A stretch of 64,000 nucleotides of DNA from Thalassobaculaceae bacterium (GCA_965228875.1 OZ245843.1:1842616-1906615); one strand, 5' to 3'; positions 1 through 10,579 are shown, counted from the stretch's first letter. The notes: generated by a model from the letters alone, not told the origin. Numbers and translations: made by a program.

Positions 1-1160
1 CTGGTCTCCGATTTCGGGGTGATGAAATCGGTGGAGCGAGTCGAGTTCAGGATGTTCTCGTCGGCCCCGTATTCCCGCTCGACGGCGTAGGTGTCGAGCA
101 GGCTCTCGGGCGCCAGCGCCTGCAGCACCAGGTCGAGCTTCCAGGCCAGGTTGTCCGCGTCCTGCATGCCGGAGTTGGCGCCGCGGGCACCGAACGGCGA
201 GACCTGATGGGCGGCATCGCCGGCGAACAGAACCCGGCCGTGGCGGAACCGGGTCATGCGCCGGCACTGGAACGTGTAGATCGATTTCCACACGATCTCG
301 TAGGCGATGTCCGGTCCCAGCATCCGGTCGATCCTGGCGCGGACGTTCTCGTCCCTGAGTTCGAACTCGCGGTCGACGTCCCAGCCGATCTGGAAATCCA
401 GGCGCCAGACGTTATCCGGCTGCCTGTGCAGCAGCGCGGACGATCCGGATTTGAACGGCGGGTCGAACCAGAACCGGCGCTCGGTCGGAAAGTCGACGTC
501 CATCCGGACGTCGGCGATCAGGAAGCTGTCCTCGAACACCCGGCCCTCGAAGCCCAGGCCGAGCGCGTTGCGCACCGGCGATCCGGCGCCGTCGCAGGCG
601 ATCACCCAATCGGCGACGATCCGGTAGCGACCGTCGGGCGTGAGAACCTCCAGCGTCGCGCCGTCGTCACCGGCCTCGAGCGCGTCGACCCGGTTGCGGC
701 CGCGGATCTCGATCGGCGCACCGGCTGCCTGGGCCGCCCGCACCCGATCGACCAGAACCTTCTCCAGATAGGGCTGCTGCAGGTTGATGAAGGCCGGATA
801 GCGGTGCCCGGTCTCCGGCAGCAGGTTGAACTCGAAGACCTGCCGGTCGCCATGGAAGACCCGGCCCACGTTCCAGACCACGCCCCGATCCACAAGGTCG
901 CCGCCGCACCCGAGACGGTCGGCGATCTCCAGCGCCCGCTTGGCGACACAGATCGCGCGCGATCCCATGCCGATGCCCTCGTGGTCGTCGAGCACCAGCA
1001 CGGGAACGCCCCTCAGGCCCAGATCGAGGGCGGCGGTCATGCCGACCGGCCCGCCACCGACGATCACGACGGGGTGGCGCACCGGCCCCGGCACGTCCTG
1101 GTCGGCCGATCGCCGGTACGGATACTCCCGGAAGGCGAGCGTGTAGCGGTCCTGCATCAT
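1..1160 (-). CDS. FAD-dependent monooxygenase (PheA/TfdB/MhpA-like), runs off the left edge
   Basis: Manual translation from ATG 1160: MMQDRYTLAFREYPY...VVIVGGGPVGM (GxGxxG), later IACDGAGS and FAGDAAHQVSPFGARGANSGMQDA motifs; absent from the ORF track because its stop lies outside the window. Confidence 0.9.
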   Translation of the reverse strand, partial: MMQDRYTLAFREYPYRRSADQDVPGPVRHPVVIVGGGPVGMTAALDLGLRGVPVLVLDDHEGIGMGSRAICVAKRALEIADRLGCGGDLVDRGVVWNVGRVFHGDRQVFEFNLLPETGHRYPAFINLQQPYLEKVLVDRVRAAQAAGAPIEIRGRNRVDALEAGDDGATLEVLTPDGRYRIVADWVIACDGAGSPVRNALGLGFEGRVFEDSFLIADVRMDVDFPTERRFWFDPPFKSGSSALLHRQPDNVWRLDFQIGWDVDREFELRDENVRARIDRMLGPDIAYEIVWKSIYTFQCRRMTRFRHGRVLFAGDAAHQVSPFGARGANSGMQDADNLAWKLDLVLQALAPESLLDTYAVEREYGADENILNSTRSTDFITPKSET

Positions 1161-1188
1161 GGCCGGTCTCCCCCGTCGGCTTGCGGGA

Positions 1189-2139
1189 TCAGGCCTGAAG
1201 GGCCTCCCACATCTCGACGTCGCGCTGGGCCGTCCAGATCCGCGGCGTGTCGATGCCGCGGGCCTCGTCGTAGGCGCGCGCCACGTTGAACGGCAGGCAG
1301 TGCTCGTAGATGGCGTAGTCCTTGAACTTGGCGTCGCAGGCGTCGCGCACCGCGTCCCACGCGTCCTTGAGACTGCCGCCGCGCGCCGCCACCCTCTGGG
1401 CCGGACGGTAGGTGCTCTCGACGAAATCCCGGGTCGCCTCCAGTGCGGCGTCCACCTGCCCGACACCGACCAGGGCGTCGCCGCGGCCCGGCGCGATCGA
1501 TTTCGGGTCGTAGGCCTTCACCGCATCCAGGGTGCCGCCCCAGTCCTCGAAATGACCGTCGCCGCAATAGCAGGCCGAGTGGTACTCGACGATATCGCCG
1601 GTGAACATGACCTGCTCGTCCGGCACCCAGATCACCGCGTCGCCGGCGGTATGGGCGCGGCCGATCTGCTTGATCTCGACCTTGCGGTTGCCAAGATACA
1701 CGGTCATCGAATCCGAGAAGGTGGTGGTCGGCCAGGTCAGGCCTGGAATGCTCTCGTGCCCCTCGAACAGGCGCGGAAAGCGCTGGAACTCGCTGTCCCA
1801 GTCCTCCTGACCGCGCTCCACCACCATGGCGCGGGCCTTGTCGGACATGATGATCTGCTGCGCGCCGAAGGCGCTGGCGCCGAGCACGCGCACCGCGTGA
1901 TAGTGGGTCATCACCACATGGGTGATCGGCTTGTCGGTGACCTCGCGCACCTTCTCGATCACCTTCTCCGCCAGGCGCGGCGTGGCCTGGGCCTCGACGA
2001 TCATCACGCTGTCGTCGCCGATGATGACGCCGGAGTTCGGATCGCCCTCGGCCGTGAAGGCCCAGAGGTCCTTGCCGACTTCCGTGAAGCTGATCTTCTT
2101 CTCCGCCATGTCGCCCTGGGACGCGAACGCCTTCGCCAT
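1189..2139 (-). CDS. MBL-fold metallo-hydrolase
   Basis: THYHAVR, AHTAGD and FTGD motifs; start moved to MAKAFASQGD (ATG 2139 after GGAGG-like RBS). Confidence 0.88.
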   Translation of the reverse strand: MAKAFASQGDMAEKKISFTEVGKDLWAFTAEGDPNSGVIIGDDSVMIVEAQATPRLAEKVIEKVREVTDKPITHVVMTHYHAVRVLGASAFGAQQIIMSDKARAMVVERGQEDWDSEFQRFPRLFEGHESIPGLTWPTTTFSDSMTVYLGNRKVEIKQIGRAHTAGDAVIWVPDEQVMFTGDIVEYHSACYCGDGHFEDWGGTLDAVKAYDPKSIAPGRGDALVGVGQVDAALEATRDFVESTYRPAQRVAARGGSLKDAWDAVRDACDAKFKDYAIYEHCLPFNVARAYDEARGIDTPRIWTAQRDVEMWEALQA

Positions 2140-2196
2140 GCTTTCCTCCGGTTTCTCTGCCATCCGGCGCCCTGGCTTGCGCTCTCCGGATGTTTG

Positions 2197-2225
2197 GTTA
2201 CGTTTGTGACAGTCACTTTTGTAAC
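2197..2225. promoter_or_regulatory. Inverted-repeat operator candidate GTTAC-N4-GTGAC-A-GTCAC-N4-GTAAC
   Basis: Two mirrored half-palindromic boxes in the divergent gap between the MBL hydrolase and the MarR gene. Confidence 0.6.
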
Positions 2226-2239
2226 TATCAACAGATCAG

Positions 2240-2677
2240 ATGACCTTAACCCTGGATAGCTTCCTGCCGTACAGGCTGAATCGCCTCTCGGAGACCGTGA
2301 GCCTCGACATGCGGCCGGTCTACAAGGAGATGCACGGCCTGAACCGGCCGGAGTGGCGGGTCCTCGCGGCCCTTGCCGAGATCGGTCCGACCACGGCCAC
2401 CGTGCTCGGCGCGCACTCCGCCCAGCACAAGACCAAGGTCAGCCGCGCGGTCAAGGCGCTGCAGGAGCGGCGCTGGATCACCCGCGACCGGGATCCTGCA
2501 GACCACCGCCTCGAGATCATCACCCTCACCCGTGCCGGCCGCGCCGCCTATGAAGGCCTGATGGCGCCAATGCGGGAGGCGGAGCAGCGCATTCTGAACC
2601 GACTGAGCTCCGAGGATCGGGAGGCCCTGGACCGCGCGCTGGACGCGCTGGAGGCGGCGATGGCGATCGGCCGATAA
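2240..2677 (+). CDS. MarR-family transcriptional regulator
   Basis: FLPYRLNRL N-terminus, KTKVSRAV helix, DHR..ITLT.AG wing. Confidence 0.92.
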   Translation: MTLTLDSFLPYRLNRLSETVSLDMRPVYKEMHGLNRPEWRVLAALAEIGPTTATVLGAHSAQHKTKVSRAVKALQERRWITRDRDPADHRLEIITLTRAGRAAYEGLMAPMREAEQRILNRLSSEDREALDRALDALEAAMAIGR

Positions 2678-2687
2678 CCGGGTCCGC

Positions 2688-4283
2688 TCACGTCGGAAGG
2701 TCGCCTTCGTTCCAGTAGCCGATATAGATCCCGACCTTCGCCTCGCCGGCGCTGCCGCCCCCGGCCTCGACGGCGGCGTCGGACAGGGTGACGCGCTGGC
2801 TGGTGCGGCGGGTCCAGCGGAACAGGGCCCGTTCCAGACGCGCCACCTCCGCCGCAAAGGCCGGATCGCCGCCAAGGTCGACCAGTTCGTCCGGATCGCT
2901 CTCCAGGTCGAACAGCATCGGCCGGAACCCCTCGGCGAAGGTGTATTTCCAGCGCCCGTCGAACACCATGAACAGCTTGGCGTCGGCCACCGGGACGCCG
3001 AGCCGGCGGCGCACGTCGCGCTGTGAATAGTCGTACTCGGCGAAGGCGTAGTCCCTGAGCCGTTCGGTCTCGCCATGCAGCAGAGGCAGCAGCGAGCGCC
3101 CTTCCAGGATATGCGGCTGCGCGTCGCCGCCGAACCAGTCGAGGAAGGTCGGCGCCAGGTCGATCGCCTCGACAAGCGCGTCGGTCGCCGTGCCCCGGGT
3201 CGCGTCGGCGGCCGGATCGGGGTCAACGACGATCAGCGGGATCCGGGCCGAGGCGTCGTGGAACAACTCCTTCTCCCCGAGCCAGTGATCGCCCAGGTAG
3301 TCGCCGTGATCGGAGGTGAAGACGATCAACGTCTCCTCGAGGAGCCCCCGCGCCTCCAGGAACGCCGTCAGCACGCCGATCTGGTCGTCGATCTGCTTGA
3401 TGAGGCCCATATAGGCGCCGAGCACGCGGGTCCTGACATGGTCCTGCGAGAACGCCCGCGAGACCCGTTCCTCCATGTAGGCGGCGAAGACCGGATGCGC
3501 GCCCTCGCGCTCGCCCTCGCTGCGCACCGCCGGAAGATGGGTGTTCGGCCCGTACAGGGCGTGGTACGGCGCCGGCGCGATGTAGGGCCAGTGCGGCTTG
3601 ATGTAGCTCAGGTGCAGACACCAGGGTCCGTCGCCGGCCTGCTCGATGAAGGCCATGGCGCGGCGGGTCATGTAGGGCGTCTCGGTATCCTCGTCCGGCG
3701 CCCGGGTCGGCTTGTCCGCATGCTCCAGGAACCAGCCGTCATGCAGCGTGCCGTCGGCGCCCTCGCCGCTGTTCGCCGCAGTCTGCCAGGGGTTGGCATC
3801 CGTCCAGCCCCGGTCGCGCATATAGCGCTCGTAGGCGGAGTTGCGCGGCGCGTAGGGGCCGTCCGGGTGCAGTCCGTCGTCACGCTCGAACGGCTCGAAG
3901 CCGCACTCCGACAGCCGCACGCCGATATCGCCGTCGGGATCGAGGCCGAGCCGGCGCATGCCCTCGACATCGGCCTTCATGTGGGTCTTGCCGCACAACG
4001 CCGTGCGCACGCCGAGCGGGCGCAGGTGGTCGCCCAGGGTCATCTCGCCGACCCTGAGCGGCACGCCGTTCCAGGTCGAGCCGTGCGAGCCGACATACCG
4101 CCCCGTGTAGAAGCACATCCGCGACGGCCCGCAGATCGGTGACTGCACGTAGGCGCGCTCGAACCGCACCCCGCGCGCCGCCAGAGCGTCGATGTTCGGG
4201 GTGTGGAGGTGCGGATGGCCGTAGCAGGAGAGGTAGTCCCAGCGGAGCTGGTCGCACATGATGAAGAGCACGTTCCGCGCCAT
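2688..4283 (-). CDS. Sulfatase / phosphonate monoester hydrolase (alkaline phosphatase superfamily)
   Basis: NVLFIMCDQLR, CGPSR (CxPxR formylglycine motif), GKTH, TSDHGD. Confidence 0.9.
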   Translation of the reverse strand: MARNVLFIMCDQLRWDYLSCYGHPHLHTPNIDALAARGVRFERAYVQSPICGPSRMCFYTGRYVGSHGSTWNGVPLRVGEMTLGDHLRPLGVRTALCGKTHMKADVEGMRRLGLDPDGDIGVRLSECGFEPFERDDGLHPDGPYAPRNSAYERYMRDRGWTDANPWQTAANSGEGADGTLHDGWFLEHADKPTRAPDEDTETPYMTRRAMAFIEQAGDGPWCLHLSYIKPHWPYIAPAPYHALYGPNTHLPAVRSEGEREGAHPVFAAYMEERVSRAFSQDHVRTRVLGAYMGLIKQIDDQIGVLTAFLEARGLLEETLIVFTSDHGDYLGDHWLGEKELFHDASARIPLIVVDPDPAADATRGTATDALVEAIDLAPTFLDWFGGDAQPHILEGRSLLPLLHGETERLRDYAFAEYDYSQRDVRRRLGVPVADAKLFMVFDGRWKYTFAEGFRPMLFDLESDPDELVDLGGDPAFAAEVARLERALFRWTRRTSQRVTLSDAAVEAGGGSAGEAKVGIYIGYWNEGDLPT

Positions 4284-4312
4284 CGTGCCCTCTCCCGCCG
4301 AGGCCTCCCGGG

Positions 4313-5497
4313 TCAGGCCGCTTTCGGCAGCAGTTTCTCGACCAGCAGCGCCCAGAACGACGCCCCGTGGGGCAGCGCCTCGTCGTTGAAGTCGTAACCC
4401 GGGTTGTGGACGTTCACCCCGCCGTTCTCGCCGGTTCCGTTGCCGAGATTGACGTAGCAGCCGGGACGCGCCTGCAACATGTAGGCGAAGTCCTCCGAGC
4501 CCATGACCGGAGCAGGATCGGTGTCGACGTTTTCCGCGCCGAACATCTCACGCGCGATCTCGGCGCACTTGTCGATATGCTCCGCATCGTTCGAGAGCGG
4601 CGGATAGCGGCGGTCGTAGCGGACGTCCACCCGTGCGTCGAATGCCTCGGCGATCGACCGGCAGATCTTCGACATCTTCGCCTCGGTCGCGTCCTGCACC
4701 TCGGGTTTGAAGGCCCGCACGGTGCCACGCAGGATCACCTTCTCCGGGATCACGTTGTAGGTGTCGCCGCCCTGGACCTGGGTGATCGACACCACCAGGC
4801 TGTCCAGCGGATCCGTCGTTCGGCTGGCGATGGTCTGCAGGCCCATGACGATCTGCGCCTGGACGACGATCGGATCGATGGCCTTGTGCGGACGCGCGGC
4901 GTGACCGCCGTAGCCGTGGATGGTGATCTCGAACATGTCGGCTCCGGCCATGGCGGGACCGGCGCGCATGCACATCTTGCCGACGGGCAGACCGGGGCGG
5001 TTGTGCAGGCCGTAGACCGCGTCGACCGGGTATTTCTCGAACAGCCCGTCCTCCTCGACCATGACCCGGCCGCCGGCCTCGTTCTCCTCGGCCGGCTGGA
5101 AGATCAGCACGACCTCGCCCGCGAAGTTCCGGGTCTCCGTCAGGTACTTGGCCGCGCCCAGCAGGATCGCGGTATGCCCGTCGTGTCCGCAGGCGTGCAT
5201 CTTGCCGGGAATGGTCGAGGCCCAGGGCTTGCCGGTCGTCTCGGTGATGTCCAGGGCGTCGAAGTCGGCGCGGATGCCGATGCGTCCGCCGTCGCCGCCG
5301 CTCCCCTTGATCGTGGCGACGATGCCGGTCTTGGCCAGCCCCCGCTCGATGGTGTCGACACCGATCTCCTCCAGACGCTTGGCGATGAAGTCGGACGTCC
5401 AGACCTCCTCGAAGGCGGTCTCGGGATGGGCGTGCATGTCGCGCCGCCACTCGGTCATGTCCTCGTGGAACTCGGCGATGCGGTTGATGATGGGCAT
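4313..5497 (-). CDS. M20D amidohydrolase (hippurate hydrolase-like)
   Basis: HAHPETAFEE, MHACGHDGH, FQPAEE, GSEDF; start MPIINRIAE after GGAG. Confidence 0.93.
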   Translation of the reverse strand: MPIINRIAEFHEDMTEWRRDMHAHPETAFEEVWTSDFIAKRLEEIGVDTIERGLAKTGIVATIKGSGGDGGRIGIRADFDALDITETTGKPWASTIPGKMHACGHDGHTAILLGAAKYLTETRNFAGEVVLIFQPAEENEAGGRVMVEEDGLFEKYPVDAVYGLHNRPGLPVGKMCMRAGPAMAGADMFEITIHGYGGHAARPHKAIDPIVVQAQIVMGLQTIASRTTDPLDSLVVSITQVQGGDTYNVIPEKVILRGTVRAFKPEVQDATEAKMSKICRSIAEAFDARVDVRYDRRYPPLSNDAEHIDKCAEIAREMFGAENVDTDPAPVMGSEDFAYMLQARPGCYVNLGNGTGENGGVNVHNPGYDFNDEALPHGASFWALLVEKLLPKAA

Positions 5498-5625
5498 GGG
5501 AAGCTCCTGGCTGGAATCCCGGAAGCCTAGGGGCAGGCGACGGCGATGCCAAGATCGCGGGTTGACGGAGACGATGCACCCCTCTGTCATACCGGTCCCG
5601 TCCCGAACGACACGTAGGATCCGCC

Positions 5626-7656
5626 TTGGCCGCCATCCGCATCGCCGTCGATATCGGCGGCACCTTCACCGATCTGCAGATCCTGAACGAGGACACCGGC
5701 GCCGCCGACGCCCATAAGGTGCCGACGACACCGACCGACCCGTCCGAGGGACTGATCGCCGGCATCCTCGAGGCCTCGGAACGGCTCGGTTTCCCCCTCG
5801 GCGACATCCGCGCGATCATGCACGGCACCACCATCGCCACCAATGCCGTGCTCGAACGCAAGCTGCCGGACGGCGCCCTGCTGATGACCGAGGGCTTCAC
5901 CGATGTGCTTGAGATCGGGCGGCATTTCCGCCGGCTGGTTTACGCCAACAAGGCGGAGGAGCGCGCCCTGCTGGTCCCGCGCGCCCGGCGTTACGGCATC
6001 GCCGAGCGGGTGCGGGCCGACGGCACGGTGGAGCGTGCGCTGGACGTCGAGGGCGTCCGTGCCGCCGCGCGGCGCGCCGGCGAGGCCGGAGCGACGGCCG
6101 TCGCGATCTGCTTCCTGCACAGCTACGCCAACCCCGCGCACGAACTGGAAGCCGCCCGGATCGTCCAGGAGGAGCTCCCCGACGCCTTCGTCTCCTGCTC
6201 CCATGCGGTCAGTCCCGAGATCCGCGAGTTCGAGCGCTGTTCGACCACGGTGCTGAACGCCCTGCTCATGCCGGTGGTGAAGACCTATCTGTCGAAACTT
6301 CGCAGCCGTCTCGCCTCAAGCGGAATTGCCGCGCCGGTCTACCTGGTGCAGTCCAACGGCGGTGTCACGACCCCCGAGACGGCGGGGGAGCAGCCGGCCC
6401 GCCTGTTGCTGTCGGGACCCGCCGGCGGCGCGCGGGCGGCCGAGGTGCTGTCGGCCGAACTCGACCTCGCCAACCTGATCGCCGTCGACATGGGCGGCAC
6501 GTCCTACGATGTCTCGATCGTCGACGGCGGCGCGATCCGCCAGGTGACCGAGGGCAAGGTCGACGGCCTGCCGGTGCGTCTGCCGATGATCGAGATCCGC
6601 ACCATCGGCGCCGGAGGCGGCTCCATCGCCCGTGTCGACGAGACCGGGCGCCTCCATGTCGGTCCGGAAAGCGCCGGAGCCCGCCCCGGCCCGGTGAGCT
6701 ACCGGCGCGGCGGCACCGAGCCGACGGTGACCGACGCCAATGTCGTCCTGGGCCGTCTCGATCCGGACTTCTTTCTCGGCGGGGCGATGTCGCTAGACGT
6801 CGACGGCGCCCGCGCCGCCCTGCGCGATCGCGTGGCCGGGCCGCTCGGGCTGGACGACGGGGCGGCGGCCGACGGCGTGGTCGCCATTGCCACCACCCAC
6901 ATGGCCTCCGCCATCCGCCTGTCCCTGTTCGAGAAGGGGCTGGATCCCAAGGATTTCGCGTTGATCTCCTTTGGCGGCGCCGGCGGCCTGCACGCCTGCG
7001 ACACCGCCGCGGAGATCGGCGCCACCCGCGTCGTGTTCCCGCGCGATCCCGGCACGCTGAGCGCCTGGGGCATGCTGTTCAGCGACGTGGTCCACGATAT
7101 CGCCCGCTCGCGCCTGATGTCCGCCGAACCGGGCAACATCGGCGAGATCGAGCGGCTGATCGCCGACATGCGGCAGGAAGGCGACGACCGGCTCTCCCAG
7201 GACCGGATTCCGCAGGCCGACCGCAGTTTTCCGGCCATCCTGGATCTCCGCTATCCGGGCCAGGCCTACGAGATCGGCGTTCCCTTCGACGGCGACCTGT
7301 CGGCCTCGGTCGCCGGGTTCCACGACGCCCACGAACGCCAATACGCCCACGCCGAGCGTCATGTGACGCCGGAGATCGTCACCCTGCGCATGGCCGCCAC
7401 CGGACGCCTCAGCAAGCCGGCATCCCGGCCCTTCGCGGGCGGTGGCGGCGTCACGGTCAAGGCACGCCGCGCGGTTCGCCTCGCCGGCGCCGTGCGCGAC
7501 ACCGCCATTGTCGACCGCGACGCCCTCGGCCCCGGCGCCACGCTCGACGGTCCGGCCATCGTCGAGGAGGCCCACTCGACCCTGCTGATTCCGCCGGGCT
7601 GGCAGATCACGGTTCATGCCAGCGGAGCCCTGATCGCCGAAGGAGATGCCCAATGA
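5626..7656 (+). CDS. Hydantoinase A / 5-oxoprolinase subunit A
   Basis: DIGGTFTD, HGTTIATN, SGPAGG, DMGGTSYD, IGAGGGS, FGGAGGLH. Confidence 0.93.
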   Translation: MAAIRIAVDIGGTFTDLQILNEDTGAADAHKVPTTPTDPSEGLIAGILEASERLGFPLGDIRAIMHGTTIATNAVLERKLPDGALLMTEGFTDVLEIGRHFRRLVYANKAEERALLVPRARRYGIAERVRADGTVERALDVEGVRAAARRAGEAGATAVAICFLHSYANPAHELEAARIVQEELPDAFVSCSHAVSPEIREFERCSTTVLNALLMPVVKTYLSKLRSRLASSGIAAPVYLVQSNGGVTTPETAGEQPARLLLSGPAGGARAAEVLSAELDLANLIAVDMGGTSYDVSIVDGGAIRQVTEGKVDGLPVRLPMIEIRTIGAGGGSIARVDETGRLHVGPESAGARPGPVSYRRGGTEPTVTDANVVLGRLDPDFFLGGAMSLDVDGARAALRDRVAGPLGLDDGAAADGVVAIATTHMASAIRLSLFEKGLDPKDFALISFGGAGGLHACDTAAEIGATRVVFPRDPGTLSAWGMLFSDVVHDIARSRLMSAEPGNIGEIERLIADMRQEGDDRLSQDRIPQADRSFPAILDLRYPGQAYEIGVPFDGDLSASVAGFHDAHERQYAHAERHVTPEIVTLRMAATGRLSKPASRPFAGGGGVTVKARRAVRLAGAVRDTAIVDRDALGPGATLDGPAIVEEAHSTLLIPPGWQITVHASGALIAEGDAQ

Positions 7657-9296
7657 GCGCACTCGACCCGGTCCAGGTGGAGATCATCCGCAATGCCCTG
7701 GTGGCGGCGGCGGAGGAGATGGGCGTCACCATCTGGCGGACCAGCCGCTCGTCGGTGGTGCGCGACCTGCTCGACTACTCGACCTGCGTGTTCGACGCCG
7801 ATGGCGGCGCGGTCGGCCAGTCGACGGCGATCCCGATCCATCTCAATTCGATGCCCTCCTGTCTCAGCGAGATCCTCGCCAACCACATTCCGATCGAGGA
7901 GTGGGAGGACGGCGACGTCATCATCACCAACGACCCCTACGCCGGCGGTCAGCACCTTTCGGACATTCAGACCTTCAAGCCGGTGTTTCACGAGGGCCGC
8001 CGCATCGCCATCGCCGGGATCCTGGTCCACCACCTGGACGTCGGCGGCGGGGCGGCCGGCTCCTACGACCCGAGCGCCACGGAGATCCAGCAGGAGGGCT
8101 TCCGTATCCCGCCGCTGAAGATCGTCGAGCGCGGCAAGCGGAACGAGGCGGTGGTCAAGCTGCTGCTGCGCCAGACCCGCGAGCCGGCCAATGTCGGTGG
8201 CGATTTCGCCTCGCAGCTCGCGGCGCTGGAGACCGGGGCGGCGAACCTGACACGGATCGTCGGGCGCTACGGTCCGGACCTGCTGGCGGCCGCCATGGCC
8301 CGCATCCAGGACCAGTCGGAAGCGGCGATGCGCGCCATGATCCGCGACGTCCCGGACGGCACCTACAGCTTCGAGGACTTCGTCGACGACGACGGCATCG
8401 ACCGGGACCGGCCGATCCGCATCGCCGTCACGCTGACCGTCAGCGGCGAGACCATGGCCATCGACCTGGACGGCTCCAGCCCGCAGGCGCGGGGTCCCGT
8501 CAACTGCACCTACGCCATGGCGTATTCGGCGGCCATGTGCGGCGTGCTGATGTCGCTCGGCACCGAGATCCCGGCCAATGCCGGCTGCTACCGCCCGGCG
8601 ACGGTGACAGCGCCGCCCGGCAGCGTGGTGAACTGCCGCGCCCCGGCGCCGGTCGCCAACCGGATGGCGGTCGCCCACCGCGTGGTCAACGCGGTCATGG
8701 GCGCGTTCCATCAGGCGATGCCGGGGCTGGTGCCGGCGGCCTATTACGGCGTCAGTTACGCCACCTCGATGAACTGCATCCACGAGGACGGCAGCCGGCA
8801 GGTGTATTTCGACCTGGAATGCGGCGGCTGGGGCGGGCATCCGGACGAGGACGGGGCCAGCGGCTTCTCCTGCGGCCTGCACAACATCTCCAACGCCCCG
8901 ATCGAGATGCTGGAGAATTCCCTGCCGATCCAGTTCCAGGAATACGCCCTGGTGCCGGACAGTGGCGGGCGGGGGCGCAGCCGTGGCGGGCTCGGGCTCG
9001 CCCGCGCCTACCGCCTGGAGACGAAGAGCGGCGTCTTCGCCGCCAACCTCGACCGCTTCAAGGTCCGCCCCTACGGCCTCGCCGGCGGTGAGCCCGGCCA
9101 GCCCGGCACCCTGACGATCACCCGCGCGGCGACCGGCGCTGTCGAACAACTCCCGTCGAAGATCTCCGGCGTGCCGGCCGCGAAGGGCGATATCGTCCGC
9201 CTGCAGACCGCCGGCGGCGGCGGCTACGGCGACCCGGCCGAACGAACCGAGGCGGCGAAGGCGTATGATCGGGAGAACGGCTACACGAGCAGCTGA
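7653..9296 (+). CDS. Hydantoinase B / 5-oxoprolinase subunit B
   Basis: NDPYAGGQHLSD, HHLDVGG, DSGGRGRSRGG, TAGGGGYGDP; 4-bp ATGA overlap with subunit A. Confidence 0.93.
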   Translation: MSALDPVQVEIIRNALVAAAEEMGVTIWRTSRSSVVRDLLDYSTCVFDADGGAVGQSTAIPIHLNSMPSCLSEILANHIPIEEWEDGDVIITNDPYAGGQHLSDIQTFKPVFHEGRRIAIAGILVHHLDVGGGAAGSYDPSATEIQQEGFRIPPLKIVERGKRNEAVVKLLLRQTREPANVGGDFASQLAALETGAANLTRIVGRYGPDLLAAAMARIQDQSEAAMRAMIRDVPDGTYSFEDFVDDDGIDRDRPIRIAVTLTVSGETMAIDLDGSSPQARGPVNCTYAMAYSAAMCGVLMSLGTEIPANAGCYRPATVTAPPGSVVNCRAPAPVANRMAVAHRVVNAVMGAFHQAMPGLVPAAYYGVSYATSMNCIHEDGSRQVYFDLECGGWGGHPDEDGASGFSCGLHNISNAPIEMLENSLPIQFQEYALVPDSGGRGRSRGGLGLARAYRLETKSGVFAANLDRFKVRPYGLAGGEPGQPGTLTITRAATGAVEQLPSKISGVPAAKGDIVRLQTAGGGGYGDPAERTEAAKAYDRENGYTSS

Positions 9297-9373
9297 CACG
9301 AACGCGGCACCCCGTGCGTGTCGAAGGCCGCCAAGCGCCCGCCTGACCCGCCAAACTTTCGAGGCAACGCCCC

Positions 9374-10261
9374 ATGACCGAGATCCCCGACACCGACACC
9401 ATCGTCTACGTCAACGGCCGTCAGGTGCGGAAGTCGCAGGCGGTGATCTCGATCTACGACAGCGGGTTCTGTCACGGCGACGGCGCCTACGAGGGGATCC
9501 GTCTGTACGACGGCAAGGTGTTCCGGCTGGAAGCCCATATCCGCCGCCTGTACGAGGCCCTCACCCTGCTCGATATCGACCCCGGCATCGATCAGTCGGA
9601 CATGGCGAAGATCGTGCTCGACACCTTCCGCGCGAACGAGCTCGAGACCGACCTGCACATGCGCCTCCAGGTGACCCGGGGCATCAAGCGCATGACCGGA
9701 ATGAACCCGAAGCTGAACCTCGGGCCGGCCTCGATCGTCGCCTTCGTCGACCACAAGCCGCCGATCTTCGACAAGGCGGGAATCACGCTGATCACCTCGA
9801 CCCTGCGCCGGGCCTCGCCGAACGTGATCGACGCCAAGATCCACCACACCAACCAGCTCAATCAGATCCTGGCCAACATCGAGGCGAACCGCCAGGGCGC
9901 GGACGAGGCGATCATGCTCGACGACCGCGGGTTCGTCGCCGAGACCAACTCGACCACCATGTTCTGCGTGAAGGACGGCGTGCTGATGACGCCGCATCCG
10001 ACCTTCATCGTCGTCGGCATCACCCGCGGCATCCTGCTGGAGATGGCGCGGGAGGAAGGCTGGGGCCCGCGCGAGGCCGACCTCAGCGTCTACGACTTCG
10101 TCACCGCCGACGAGGCGTTCATCTGCGGCACCGTCGGCGAACTGGTGCCGATCAGGGCGATCGACGGGCGGCCGGTCGCCGGAGCCGTTCCCGGGCCGAT
10201 CACCGCGCGGCTGATGGAACGCTACAGGGCGTTGACCCGGACCGAAGGCACCGCGGTCTGA
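9374..10261 (+). CDS. Fold-type IV PLP aminotransferase-like protein
   Basis: DSGFCHGDGAYEGIR, VAETNSTT, GITRG, ADEAFICGT; His at the usual catalytic-Lys position. Confidence 0.88.
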   Translation: MTEIPDTDTIVYVNGRQVRKSQAVISIYDSGFCHGDGAYEGIRLYDGKVFRLEAHIRRLYEALTLLDIDPGIDQSDMAKIVLDTFRANELETDLHMRLQVTRGIKRMTGMNPKLNLGPASIVAFVDHKPPIFDKAGITLITSTLRRASPNVIDAKIHHTNQLNQILANIEANRQGADEAIMLDDRGFVAETNSTTMFCVKDGVLMTPHPTFIVVGITRGILLEMAREEGWGPREADLSVYDFVTADEAFICGTVGELVPIRAIDGRPVAGAVPGPITARLMERYRALTRTEGTAV

Positions 10262-10264
10262 CGG

Positions 10265-10579
10265 TCAGGCAAGGAACCTGCGCAGGACGCCGACCAGCTG
10301 AACCGCGCCCTCGACCAGCTGCTGGGTGGAGGCGGCCTGATCGATTTCGCCCTTGATGCGGCGCATGTCGGCGACATCCCGGTCGCTGGCGACGACGCCG
10401 GCGGCGACCAGCTTCTCGCGCGCGCCGCTCAGCGTGTTGACCGCGTCGTCGAGCTTCGGCTTGAGAGCGGTCATCGCGTCGAGATCGGCGTCGTCCAGCG
10501 CCTTCTTGTAGGCCTTGCTGAGCCTGAACACCGCGTCCTGAGCGTCCTCCAGCACCATCATGTCGTTGTCGGCCATCAT
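10265..10579 (-). CDS. Hypothetical helical protein
   Basis: 104-aa ORF with host-like codon bias and GGGAGAGG RBS. Confidence 0.7.
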   Translation of the reverse strand: MMADNDMMVLEDAQDAVFRLSKAYKKALDDADLDAMTALKPKLDDAVNTLSGAREKLVAAGVVASDRDVADMRRIKGEIDQAASTQQLVEGAVQLVGVLRRFLA

